64,000 bases of DNA from a virus. A model generated the notes under the pieces. The model saw only the letters and a program-made list of their open reading frames with translations, was not told the DNA's origin and made no database searches. Position 1 is the stretch's first letter. Each line of letters starts with the position of its first letter. The DNA is taken from IMG/VR virus record IMGVR_UViG_3300045995_000722, one strand, 5' to 3'. Shown piece by piece: positions 28,334-37,237 of this stretch. The position numbers were made by a program, and so were the translations under genes.

Positions 28334-28615
28334 TTAACCAGTGATATCCCAAGTTCCTGTACAATCTCGACATTCTCTAATATGCAGTAAGAGATTCATT
28401 ATAGTATTGCCACTGCCGCAATAAGGGCATTTCCCCATTCCTGTAACTATTTTCTTTTCTTCTTTTTTCTTCTTCCTATCTGCTACTCTTTTCTTTAGGG
28501 CTTCCCCGAATACAATATGGATTTCGTCTCCCTCTCCTATGTATTCAGTAGAATCATGTGTTTCCCAAAACTCTATTTCTTCTTCTTCAGTTTGAAAATC
28601 AGGGATTTTCTTCAT
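28334..28615 (-). CDS. CopG/BrnA-antitoxin-like N-terminus fused to Zn ribbon
   Basis: IPDFQTEEEEIEFWETHDSTEY; CPYC...CRDC. Confidence 0.6.
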   Translation of the reverse strand: MKKIPDFQTEEEEIEFWETHDSTEYIGEGDEIHIVFGEALKKRVADRKKKKEEKKIVTGMGKCPYCGSGNTIMNLLLHIRECRDCTGTWDITG

Positions 28616-28812
28616 TCCTTAACCACCCAATCTCGGACAGAAGGGGAATTAAGGTGTTTGTAATATAGATGAACTATGACTCCTTGTAGTCCAAAGATAT
28701 CAGAAAATATAGGATTTTCAGATTTATATGTTTCTAATAAACTATTTTTAGCCTCTGCATCAGATGCAATAACTTGAACCCCTGACTCTACTTCCTGAAT
28801 TTCAATTTTCAT
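28612..28812 (-). CDS. hypothetical protein
   Basis: Coupled ORF. Confidence 0.65.
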   Translation of the reverse strand: MKIEIQEVESGVQVIASDAEAKNSLLETYKSENPIFSDIFGLQGVIVHLYYKHLNSPSVRDWVVKE

Positions 28813-28815
28813 TTC

Positions 28816-29061
28816 TTAGTCACCCATCACATATTTTCTGATTTTGGTAACATTGATCCCAGTAGAATCATAACTGGCATTCGAGCAAATAACAGAACTG
28901 AGATATGCCATTACAAGTTCCTTGTCAGAACATTCCTCAAGGCTAGGTTTTGAGTCCATTGAGATTATTCCAGAGGGAGTTCCATCGAACCCGTTTTCCC
29001 CTAGTATCTCAATCAATTCTTCCCTGTCTATATCATTTTCCATTTCGATTACGAATTTCAT
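28816..29061 (-). CDS. hypothetical protein
   Basis: After repeat promoter/SD. Confidence 0.75.
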   Translation of the reverse strand: MKFVIEMENDIDREELIEILGENGFDGTPSGIISMDSKPSLEECSDKELVMAYLSSVICSNASYDSTGINVTKIRKYVMGD

Positions 29062-29113
29062 TTAGTTTCTCCTCCATTATACTATACCGGAAAGAGAGAT
29101 TGAAAACCAAGAA

Positions 29114-29341
29114 TCATTTCATTCCCCATAAAGTTCCATAATCAGTTTCAATGAAGTAGATGTATCCCGGTGTAGATAAATCTACTTCAACAATATCATA
29201 TTCAAGGTTTTTCCATTCCTCTATTCTTGTTGGCTCGTCTCTTTCTAAACCTTCAAACATTACTGATAATACATCTGATTCTTTCTCAGCAATAACAAAG
29301 GCTGCATATTCTAATTTATGAACAACTCTAAAGAGCTTCAT
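29114..29341 (-). CDS. hypothetical protein
   Basis: TAATG overlap. Confidence 0.7.
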   Translation of the reverse strand: MKLFRVVHKLEYAAFVIAEKESDVLSVMFEGLERDEPTRIEEWKNLEYDIVEVDLSTPGYIYFIETDYGTLWGMK

Positions 29342-29709
29342 TATCTTGCTCCCTCTAAATCCTTAATACATCTTCGTATATCTTTCAAAAGATTTTTTTC
29401 TAATCGTTCTTTATACAAATCCATATCTAAATCAAAGAGTTTATCAATAATTGTGATATAATATCTTAAATCATATTCCAACTCTTTTAGATATGATACA
29501 CAAAGAACCATCATTGTAAGTTCTGGAGATTCACAAATAGGAAAATCATAAGTTGTTGTTTCTCCACTATCTTTGGAAAGAATTGTTCTCCAAGCGGGAG
29601 GTTCTTGACCTGGATTGATAAATGATTTGTCTACTTTGGAATAACCTTCCAAATATCGATCTATCATCCATTTTGCCCATTTGTTTATCTCTTTATTCAT
29701 GTTGTTCAT
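29341..29709 (-). CDS. hypothetical protein
   Basis: GAGG SD; start uncertain. Confidence 0.65.
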   Translation of the reverse strand: MNNMNKEINKWAKWMIDRYLEGYSKVDKSFINPGQEPPAWRTILSKDSGETTTYDFPICESPELTMMVLCVSYLKELEYDLRYYITIIDKLFDLDMDLYKERLEKNLLKDIRRCIKDLEGAR

Positions 29710-30043
29710 GATTTTCCTCGTTTTCAAATAACTTATACCACGCTTCAAGTGCTTCTTCTCTTGTTTCCCAAACTTTACAGCGTTTATATCTCCAACAACC
29801 ATCAGGATTTAGATAGTAATAATCTGGTGGACAACAAGGATAAATACTTTGGGCTTCAATGACCCAACCATCTTCTTCCAATATTTGGTTAATACATGAA
29901 CTATGCGAAATAGAAATAGGACAAGTTTTCATCATTGAGGTTTGTCCTTCAACACTACCGGTTTCCTCTAGTTCTATTTTCCAACCACCCAAAAAAAATC
30001 TTCTACCCATTTCTATTAATTGTTCGTTTGTATATTTATCCAT
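29693..30043 (-). CDS. hypothetical protein
   Basis: Coupled ORF. Confidence 0.65.
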   Translation of the reverse strand: MDKYTNEQLIEMGRRFFLGGWKIELEETGSVEGQTSMMKTCPISISHSSCINQILEEDGWVIEAQSIYPCCPPDYYYLNPDGCWRYKRCKVWETREEALEAWYKLFENEENHEQHE

Positions 30044-30044
30044 T

Positions 30045-30281
30045 TTATTTTTCCAATTCTTCTGGGACATATAAAGGCCATTCTATCCATTTGTTAGGAG
30101 TTTTCTTTGCTTTTTCAAATAAGTCTTTAATATCCCTATCTCTTATAAGGAAATCAACATGATTTTCGTGTATTACGGTTTCTTGTCTATTATACTTAAA
30201 ATGATAACCTGCATGAATATATCCCTTCAAATCTGGATAACGCCTAAAATACATGATTTTTGGAATTATTGCTGCCATCAT
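30045..30281 (-). CDS. hypothetical protein
   Basis: ATGA overlap. Confidence 0.6.
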   Translation of the reverse strand: MMAAIIPKIMYFRRYPDLKGYIHAGYHFKYNRQETVIHENHVDFLIRDRDIKDLFEKAKKTPNKWIEWPLYVPEELEK

Positions 30282-30460
30282 TTTCTCTCTTTTGATTTTT
30301 CAGTAACATCTTCAATAGTCCAGACAATTTCTTTGATGTTGTCTGTATTTCCTGTTAGAAGTGCTTCACCTAACAATTGTATGAAATCTCCACGATCAAT
30401 TTGCACACCATGTTTTGGTGTTACTTTTATGGTCAGTTCAATGGAATTATCAGCCATCAT
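30278..30460 (-). CDS. hypothetical protein
   Basis: GGAG SD after tRNA-Lys. Confidence 0.65.
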   Translation of the reverse strand: MMADNSIELTIKVTPKHGVQIDRGDFIQLLGEALLTGNTDNIKEIVWTIEDVTEKSKERK

Positions 30461-30476
30461 TTTCTCCAGAAAAGTT

Positions 30477-30552
30477 TGGTGGGACCGGTGGGAATCGGAC
30501 CCACGACTCCCTGCTTAAAAGGCAGGTGCTCTAACCCCTGAGCTACGATCCC
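30477..30552 (-). tRNA. trnK: tRNA-Lys(TTT)
   Basis: Full cloverleaf CCTGC-CTTTTAA-GCAGG, encoded CCA; T loop TCCGATT (C55). Confidence 0.93.
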
Positions 30553-30601
30553 AAGTTTCTTCTACTATACTATACCACAAATGGGAATTGAAAACCAAAA
30601 A

Positions 30602-30862
30602 CTATACTGGAATCCAAACTCCACCAGGATTTGCACAAACACAGCAAATACTTACATTGTGTTCATGTTCACTTTGATAAGCAGGAAATTTGATTTCTTG
30701 CTTTACCCATCTTCCACAGCATCCACAATGCCAGCCAGGAATGGTTTTCATAGGCTTTCCTGATCGAATCCATTTGATATGAGCAATAGCCCTGATTATA
30801 TCAAATTTGATTCTATAATACTTCCGCTTAAAAAATCCATCCAGATATATTACTTCCCCCAT
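30602..30862 (-). CDS. Cys-rich hypothetical protein
   Basis: GGAGG SD. Confidence 0.7.
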   Translation of the reverse strand: MGEVIYLDGFFKRKYYRIKFDIIRAIAHIKWIRSGKPMKTIPGWHCGCCGRWVKQEIKFPAYQSEHEHNVSICCVCANPGGVWIPV

Positions 30863-30989
30863 TTTATCCTCCCAAAAATCCTTTCTATTATACTATACCT
30901 GAATCTAAGAGTCAAAACCAAATTTGGTTTTTGGTTTTCGTTTTTCTGTTGGGGTATAATATAATGGATTAATTGGAAGGAGAGGAAAG

Positions 30990-31139
30990 ATGCAAAGGGA
31001 CGTAACCGGAAAACTTAGACGAAGAACAACTATAACTGAAAAACGGGCAAAAGAGTCGGTAATCTATAAAATGGACATGATTGAAATTATGGCAAGAACA
31101 TTTCCTCAAAAACAATCAAATCCCCAAAATTCAAATTGA
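30990..31139 (+). CDS. hypothetical protein (49 aa)
   Basis: Manually translated; GGAGAGG SD. Confidence 0.55.
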   Translation: MQRDVTGKLRRRTTITEKRAKESVIYKMDMIEIMARTFPQKQSNPQNSN

Positions 31140-31191
31140 TCTTTGGTTTTCGTTTTTCTATTGGGGTATACTATAGTAGGAGGGCAAAGAA

Positions 31192-31494
31192 ATGAGCGTA
31201 AAAGTCATAGAAGTGCAAAGGATTCTGAATACGATTGATAATCCTGATGAATTGAGAATGGTATCAGATATTCTTCGGGATAGATTCCGCACAGTCCATA
31301 CAATCAAAGACCTACAAAGCAAAGGGAAGTGGACTGTAAATGATGATGCTTCTTACAAAGGAAAGTATGGAGTTCAGCATAATTGTAAGATTGTCAAAAT
31401 CAATCGCACAACCGCAACTGTGAGAAACACTTTTGGTGAGTTGTGGAGAATTCCCCTTGGAAATTTACTTCCCCCGATGCCAAAGAACGATTAA
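31192..31494 (+). CDS. hypothetical protein (SH3-like C-terminus)
   Basis: KIVKINRTTATV...WRIP; after repeat/SD. Confidence 0.75.
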   Translation: MSVKVIEVQRILNTIDNPDELRMVSDILRDRFRTVHTIKDLQSKGKWTVNDDASYKGKYGVQHNCKIVKINRTTATVRNTFGELWRIPLGNLLPPMPKND

Positions 31495-31505
31495 GAGGGA
31501 TAAAA

Positions 31506-31667
31506 ATGACACGTAGAGAAAAACAATTAAGGAAGGAAATACAAACCTTTCAAAGCCAATTGGATATCTTTGAACCTGAAACCAAAAGACTTAGGAATTT
31601 GCTTCGGTTAAAAAGAAATGATTTGAGTCAATTGCTAGAAATACCAAGGGGAGTGGGACTTTTCTAA
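31506..31667 (+). CDS. hypothetical coiled-coil protein
   Basis: GAGGG SD. Confidence 0.6.
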   Translation: MTRREKQLRKEIQTFQSQLDIFEPETKRLRNLLRLKRNDLSQLLEIPRGVGLF

Positions 31668-31888
31668 TGAAATCAATGCTTGTAGTTAAAAACAAAATAC
31701 ATTGTGCATTTTTTGAAATGAATCAAGCAAAGGAAGCTAGGGCTTTTAGGGCTTCTGATTCAAGATTGAAATTTGCAAAGATTCATTCTATTATACAAGG
31801 ATATCCCAGTAAAATAGAAATTGGCGAAATTTATCATTGTGGTACTTTCAAGGGAATTCCCCAAGCAGAAAAGTGCGATTGTAAATGA
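31667..31888 (+). CDS. hypothetical protein
   Basis: TAATG overlap. Confidence 0.6.
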   Translation: MKSMLVVKNKIHCAFFEMNQAKEARAFRASDSRLKFAKIHSIIQGYPSKIEIGEIYHCGTFKGIPQAEKCDCK

Positions 31889-31939
31889 TTTCTGGTTTTC
31901 ATTCTCAATAATGGGTATAGTATAATGGAGGAAATTGAA

Positions 31940-32152
31940 ATGGAAAAAAATACCGAATCCGCAAAGAACATAGAGTATTCAGCCCTTAACTTTGTTTTCG
32001 TTGATAGGTTGTATGAAGATTGTCCAACTTGCAAAGCCCCGCTTGCCACAATTCAGAATAAGACATTTGTTCTTGAAGTGAGAACTAAAAGTGGGGAGTT
32101 AGTAAATACTCGATGTCCCACTTGTAGGGGAACAATAATCCAAAAGGGTTAA
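31940..32152 (+). CDS. Zn-ribbon protein
   Basis: CPTC...CPTC; after repeat/SD. Confidence 0.75.
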   Translation: MEKNTESAKNIEYSALNFVFVDRLYEDCPTCKAPLATIQNKTFVLEVRTKSGELVNTRCPTCRGTIIQKG

Positions 32153-32229
32153 AGGATTTTCTGGTTTTGAAACTGAATAAATGATATAATATAATGTAAG
32201 GAAACTTCCAAACAAGGAGCTAGAAAGAA

Positions 32230-32436
32230 ATGGGACGGAAATGGACGGAAAAAAGGATGGATCAGGTGGAGCTTATGAGCCACATGCCAAGTCCTGTAGC
32301 ACGAGCGGCTTTCAAGACTGGTAACGCCGCTGGTGTTCATGGTGAAGGAAAGAATCTGAGCAAGATTAACCGACACCAGACCCGCAACGAAGAGCGGCTT
32401 GCTAATCGTGGTGATTACGAAGATAACGACGATTAG
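32230..32436 (+). CDS. hypothetical protein
   Basis: AAGGAG SD. Confidence 0.7.
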   Translation: MGRKWTEKRMDQVELMSHMPSPVARAAFKTGNAAGVHGEGKNLSKINRHQTRNEERLANRGDYEDNDD

Positions 32437-32604
32437 ATTGTAGATAACTTGAAGGAGTATGACTTCCTCACCTCCACTATACTAAGTCATACTCCTTCAC
32501 CCCCCTTAACCCAAATGCGAACTACCCTGCTTTTCGAGATATTCTATTTTTATTTTTTGGTTTTGATTCTCCATAAATGGTATAGTATAATGGAGGAAAT
32601 CAAA

Positions 32605-33261
32605 ATGGGATATTCACATTACTGGTACCGAAAACCTGAACTAGACAAAGAGCAGTTTCGCCAATTTTCTGAAGATTGCCAGAAATTAGCTGATGCTTAT
32701 GAAGGCATGGGTTTGAAACTTGGGAATGGTGATGGAGAAGGTAGACCTAAATTTACTCCTGACCTTGTAGATTTTAATGGTTCTCAAAATTGTGGGCACA
32801 AGAAAAATGATCTTATCTCTATTCCTTGGCCTACAGCTAATGCTGGTGGGATAAACCCCGAAGGTGACGCTACAGGAGAATGGGGTGGACCTATTTCAGA
32901 AATGTTTGGTGTTACTCTTGCGTCTTTAGATTCTCGTGTTTGCAATGGGGATTGTAGTTATGAAGGCTTTCAAATTCCACAAGTAAAGAAATTATCAGAA
33001 TATGATAAAGATGGTATGGTTTTCGACTGTTGCAAAACTGCTTTTCGACCTTATGATTTATTGGTGATTGCTTGTTTAATAGCAGCAAAATATCACTTTG
33101 GTCACAATTTCAAAGTATCTAGTGACGGTGAAGACCAGCATTGGTTTGATGGAAAAATGCTTTGCAGTCAAGTGTTGGGATATGGGCTATCCCTTAAGAT
33201 AAATGAAGAGTGTGAACTCGTAAATGAAACAGTGGAAGCCCCTGCTTGGTTCCCAAAGTAA
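32605..33261 (+). CDS. conserved hypothetical protein
   Basis: MGYSHYW...FDCCKTAFRPYD..V.ACLI. Confidence 0.8.
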   Translation: MGYSHYWYRKPELDKEQFRQFSEDCQKLADAYEGMGLKLGNGDGEGRPKFTPDLVDFNGSQNCGHKKNDLISIPWPTANAGGINPEGDATGEWGGPISEMFGVTLASLDSRVCNGDCSYEGFQIPQVKKLSEYDKDGMVFDCCKTAFRPYDLLVIACLIAAKYHFGHNFKVSSDGEDQHWFDGKMLCSQVLGYGLSLKINEECELVNETVEAPAWFPK

Positions 33262-33312
33262 TTTTTGGTTTTCAATTCTCTTTTGGGATATAGTATAATA
33301 GAGGGAATCGAA

Positions 33313-33561
33313 ATGAATTATTATCAACTGCTAGAAACCCGATTTGTAGATAAAGGATACGGGTTTGGTGGTGAAACAACTAGAGACCAAGTCTATTCTG
33401 AAGAAGAAATCAAAATAGATTATCCAATACTTGCTGATAAATTATCAGATGTTGATGGATTTGTGGTTGTTGGTTTGGAAGTTGTTATTGGAGATAATAC
33501 TGTTAAGGTTGAAAGAATTCCTCAAAAGACTTATGAGTGGAAAAAATGCCAGAACAAATAA
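33313..33561 (+). CDS. hypothetical protein
   Basis: After repeat/SD. Confidence 0.7.
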   Translation: MNYYQLLETRFVDKGYGFGGETTRDQVYSEEEIKIDYPILADKLSDVDGFVVVGLEVVIGDNTVKVERIPQKTYEWKKCQNK

Positions 33562-33755
33562 CAGATCATTCAAAATGCAAATTTTCCACAGGAATACATG
33601 ATGGAATAACCGCAGGACAAGGGAAACTTGATTTTTATGGTTTTTGGGAATTCCCTTGTCCCGAATGTGCTACAAAAGCTCAAAAAGAGTATGATGAAGC
33701 TATGCTTTTAGAAGATAAAACCTTAGCTCTAACTGAACATCCAGATGATTTATAG
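33537..33755 (+). CDS. hypothetical protein
   Basis: STGIHDGITAG.GKLD..GFWEFPC. Confidence 0.65.
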   Translation: MEKMPEQITDHSKCKFSTGIHDGITAGQGKLDFYGFWEFPCPECATKAQKEYDEAMLLEDKTLALTEHPDDL

Positions 33756-33803
33756 TTTTTGGTTTTGAATTTCAACTTCAGGTATAGTATAATGGAGGGC
33801 GAA

Positions 33804-34076
33804 ATGTTCAAGAAAAGCAGATTGAATCCCAAGGCAAAGAGATTGAATCCCCGTGATTGGGTTAAGGCAAAAAGAACACTTGACAACTACAATCCTCCAT
33901 TGAATCCTTTGGAAACGCTTAAAATAGAATCGATTTCAAACGGAATAGCTCATTGTGATAGGGTTGATCGGAAGGATTCATACGCTGACATACCTTGTTC
34001 TGATCTTGAACTAGTGGAAACCGATGAACAATATTCCGAATATGTTGCCGCAAAAATGGCAGGAGAATTGGATTGA
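33804..34076 (+). CDS. hypothetical protein
   Basis: After repeat/SD. Confidence 0.75.
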   Translation: MFKKSRLNPKAKRLNPRDWVKAKRTLDNYNPPLNPLETLKIESISNGIAHCDRVDRKDSYADIPCSDLELVETDEQYSEYVAAKMAGELD

Positions 34077-34273
34077 ATAAAACAGTTTTCTATATCTATG
34101 CTATTATGATGATAGCAATAACTGCGATTTATTGGGTTCGCCCTGATTGGATGCTTTTTGTTTATGCAAAAGAGTATAGACATTTTTATCTGGTTATGGG
34201 AAGATGGGGGACCAGTATTGCTACTTTGATTTATCTTGTAGCAGGAATATCTTGTAAGTTTTATAAGGACTGA
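34073..34273 (+). CDS. small membrane protein
   Basis: GGAG SD, hydrophobic. Confidence 0.6.
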   Translation: MNKTVFYIYAIMMIAITAIYWVRPDWMLFVYAKEYRHFYLVMGRWGTSIATLIYLVAGISCKFYKD

Positions 34274-34275
34274 AA

Positions 34276-34503
34276 ATGGAACGAATGAATTATCGGGAAC
34301 CCACACATAATAGACAGCTTCAAGCTGATTTTGATTTTTCTACGGGAAAATATGGAACCTTTTGTATTTATAAAATGGAAAGTGAAGGTGGTTTTCGATA
34401 TGCCACCAAAGCCATGCCTGATGTTGATAATTTGTGGATTGCACAAACAAATCTTGATGAATATGCCAAGAAGAAAGGACTAAAGAAAGCATCATGGATT
34501 TGA
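34276..34503 (+). CDS. hypothetical protein
   Basis: AAGGA SD. Confidence 0.65.
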   Translation: MERMNYREPTHNRQLQADFDFSTGKYGTFCIYKMESEGGFRYATKAMPDVDNLWIAQTNLDEYAKKKGLKKASWI

Positions 34504-34647
34504 AAACCCTTGAAAAATGGAGAGTCCCACAAACAAGTATTGCGATAATCTTGAATATCATCATTTGTACCCTTTTGAAACTCGATTGGGATATATTCTT
34601 GATGATGTGTTTTGGTTCTATTGCGTTTCAAATTGGATGCATGATAT

Positions 34648-34869
34648 ATGATACCAAAAAAGCTAATTGAAATAATAGAAAAAATGGCATCATGGGGTGA
34701 TAGTAAGTGGTATGATCCCATTGTTATCGTTTCTATGATCGTAATTGTTTTGTTTGTTGTTCGTTTTGTTGCAAAATGCCCCCTTGATTTTTCTTTAGTC
34801 TTAGTGACTATAATTTGGTGCCCCATAGCTTATTATATTATTGCCTTTTTCCAAAGTAGATGGGGATAA
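34648..34869 (+). CDS. small membrane protein
   Basis: Hydrophobic; stop abuts repeat. Confidence 0.6.
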   Translation: MIPKKLIEIIEKMASWGDSKWYDPIVIVSMIVIVLFVVRFVAKCPLDFSLVLVTIIWCPIAYYIIAFFQSRWG

Positions 34870-34917
34870 TTGGTTTTGATTCTAGTTCCCGGGTATAGTA
34901 TAGTGGAGGGCAAAACA

Positions 34918-35229
34918 ATGAAACTGGAATATATAATTCAAGGTATTTTTTGTATCCCTGTTTTCATAGGGGCAATTTGGTTTGTATGTTATGGAGTAAA
35001 GAATTTAATCAAACAAGACAAACAAAACAAAAGAACTCCCACGTATTTGATTCGATTTGTTTATCGTGATGAATATAGTCACCGTCTACATTCTTGGTTA
35101 GAAGCTCGTTCTTTTGAAAGAATTTCTGAAAAGATTAAAGAAATTAAGATTATTTATGATGAAGCCGAAATTGCTTCTATAGATAAAATATATCCATTCA
35201 CACTAAAAGAAATGGAATCATTTATATAA
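34918..35229 (+). CDS. membrane-anchored hypothetical protein
   Basis: After repeat/SD. Confidence 0.7.
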   Translation: MKLEYIIQGIFCIPVFIGAIWFVCYGVKNLIKQDKQNKRTPTYLIRFVYRDEYSHRLHSWLEARSFERISEKIKEIKIIYDEAEIASIDKIYPFTLKEMESFI

Positions 35230-35284
35230 GATTAGTTTTGGTTTTCATTTCTAGTTTCGGGTATAGTATAGTGGAGGAACTGAA

Positions 35285-35482
35285 ATGTTTAAGAATCTAA
35301 AAATAGCATTGAAACATACAGACCCAGTAATAATAACTATTGCAATATGCGTTTGGGTGATAGTTTGTAGCACATTGGGATTTTGTGGAGTGCATATTTA
35401 TCCCCTAACTGTTATTCTTATAATCCCAGGTGTTTTTACGGGACATATTGTTGCCAATTATCTAATATACAAGGAAAAATAA
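35285..35482 (+). CDS. small membrane protein
   Basis: After repeat/SD. Confidence 0.7.
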   Translation: MFKNLKIALKHTDPVIITIAICVWVIVCSTLGFCGVHIYPLTVILIIPGVFTGHIVANYLIYKEK

Positions 35483-35486
35483 AACA

Positions 35487-35690
35487 ATGATAAGCTTTAG
35501 AGACCTTGCAAAAATCATAGATGGAATGACTGATGAGCAAAAGGATGATATGGTTTCAATCTATAACCAAGAAATAGATGAATACTTTTCTGCTCAGGGG
35601 GTTGGGGTAACTCTTGAAGAAGATGACGTTCTTGATAAGGGACATCAATTTATCATATTCCCTGATTTGCCAAATGCAAAATTGTATTGA
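35487..35690 (+). CDS. hypothetical protein
   Basis: AAGGA SD. Confidence 0.7.
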   Translation: MISFRDLAKIIDGMTDEQKDDMVSIYNQEIDEYFSAQGVGVTLEEDDVLDKGHQFIIFPDLPNAKLY

Positions 35691-35754
35691 TTTTTGGTCG
35701 TTCAATTTGGTTTTCATTTCTCTTTTCGGGTATAGTATAGTGGAGGGCAATCCA

Positions 35755-36000
35755 ATGAGATTCACAATATCATATCACACAAGCCTTTACATGGTGACTC
35801 CACATGACAAGTTAGCAAAGATGTGGATCACTAACAATGTCCCCGATCCTCAGTATTTGGGAAATTCTTTCGCTGTAGAACCCCGTTACATTCAGCAGTT
35901 AGCTTATGGTATGCTTACAGATGGATGTAAGGTTGATATGGACGGTAAAACCCTGATTCTCGGTCCACAAGCAGAAGTTGTCTTTGCTACAGTAAATTAG
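35755..36000 (+). CDS. hypothetical protein
   Basis: After repeat/SD. Confidence 0.75.
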   Translation: MRFTISYHTSLYMVTPHDKLAKMWITNNVPDPQYLGNSFAVEPRYIQQLAYGMLTDGCKVDMDGKTLILGPQAEVVFATVN

Positions 36001-36038
36001 TTTTGGTTTTCAATTCTCCTTTCGGGGGTGGAAAAAAT

Positions 36039-36308
36039 ATGAGATATTTTGTCCAAGAGAATATATGTGAAACGGATACTCCTCTTTGGGTGGATGCGGA
36101 AAATGAACATAACGGGAAAATGGAAAAAGTTAGTTTTCCTCCCTATAACAAATTTGTCATGGGGATGTTTGTTACCGCAATAGATTTGGAAACTGCATTA
36201 GAAATAAATAAACACCGAGTCATTGCACGTAAAGACTGGTATAATTTCGGCAAGGTTCGTGAATGGGTAATTTATGCCCCGAAGGTCAAAGAAAAAGAGG
36301 AAACATAA
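36039..36308 (+). CDS. hypothetical protein
   Basis: After left-half-only repeat. Confidence 0.65.
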   Translation: MRYFVQENICETDTPLWVDAENEHNGKMEKVSFPPYNKFVMGMFVTAIDLETALEINKHRVIARKDWYNFGKVREWVIYAPKVKEKEET

Positions 36309-36539
36309 ATGTCCAAACAAAAAATACGAAAATATACATACGTTGTTATGCGGGATGTTTTCATTTTTGAAAAAGAATGTGACAGTATGAAAGAAGCAGA
36401 AAAATATGCCGAATACTGTCAAAGAAATTATCAGGGGGGATTTATCGCCAAAAGAGTATTGGAAACAAGTTTTTGTGAAATGCTTGATTGTATCGACAAA
36501 CCCGAATTTATGACTCAAGTTGGTTCTGCTCTTAGATAG
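36309..36539 (+). CDS. hypothetical protein
   Basis: GAGG SD. Confidence 0.65.
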   Translation: MSKQKIRKYTYVVMRDVFIFEKECDSMKEAEKYAEYCQRNYQGGFIAKRVLETSFCEMLDCIDKPEFMTQVGSALR

Positions 36540-36556
36540 TATTCAAGGAAGTCAAA

Positions 36557-36778
36557 ATGGAAAATACAAGCCCGGTTCTTATAGTTCTTACAGACCGCGA
36601 AAAAGAAGTTCTCCAATTGATTTTTGATGGTAATTCAACTAGACAAACTGCTGTTCTTTTGTATTGTAGTAAAAGAACCATAGATTTCCATTTAGCCAAA
36701 ATATATGAAAAATTGCAGGTCTCGAATCGGGTACAAGCTTTGCGTCGTGTAGTACAATTGGGATTACTGGCATTCTGA
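36557..36778 (+). CDS. stand-alone LuxR-family HTH regulator
   Basis: LTDREKEVLQL...G.S....A..L..SKRTIDFHLAKIYEKLQVSNRVQA. Confidence 0.9.
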   Translation: MENTSPVLIVLTDREKEVLQLIFDGNSTRQTAVLLYCSKRTIDFHLAKIYEKLQVSNRVQALRRVVQLGLLAF

Positions 36779-36848
36779 TTTTTTGGTCGCCCAAATTGGT
36801 TTTGATATCCCGAAAGGGATATAGTATAATAGAGCAAGGAGAAAAACA

Positions 36849-37007
36849 ATGAAAATCGAACTGATTGAAAAGCAAACAGGAGAAAGTCACGGTGAACTGG
36901 AAGTTCAAAATCGAGAGACATTTCAGATGAAGGACAGGGAAGTTAGGGAACTCACCAATGGAGAGTTTCTATATAAGCCAGTCAAGAGAGAAACTGACAA
37001 CAATTAG
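36849..37007 (+). CDS. 52-aa protein, paralog of 42450..42602
   Basis: Manually translated MKIELIEKQTGESHGELEV... Confidence 0.7.
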   Translation: MKIELIEKQTGESHGELEVQNRETFQMKDREVRELTNGEFLYKPVKRETDNN

Positions 37008-37166
37008 ATGTGGTAGCCCACCTACCCGGTGCGCAACAAAGTGTGTGGGGCTGTCTAGGGAAGCCAAAGCCTAGCGGTAAGCAATCACCTGAAAATTGCC
37101 CTTGTGAGTGAGGCGGTTAAACTCTCAAAAGAAAGACTCTAGGATTTCCCCTAGAGCTTTTCTTTT
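37008..37166 (+). ncRNA. candidate structured RNA ending in a terminator
   Basis: GC-richer ORF-free stretch with several hairpins; terminator CTCTAGG/CCTAGAG-TTTT. Confidence 0.35.
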
Positions 37167-37237
37167 GTCTGAAATCCGCTAGTTCGCACAATTATTTTAT
37201 TCAGTTTTATACTATAATATTGATAAGGTGGAAAATA

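Larger units (their letters stand above)
20281..30925 (-). promoter_or_regulatory. Block 2 of repeated element (~14 copies, minus strand)
   Basis: Reverse-complement copies (ATTATACTATACC-N14-AAAACCAAAA) near 20281, 21385, 21925, 22490, 23671, 24155, 24572, 25561, 26207, 28293, 29075, 30563, 30886. Confidence 0.9.
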
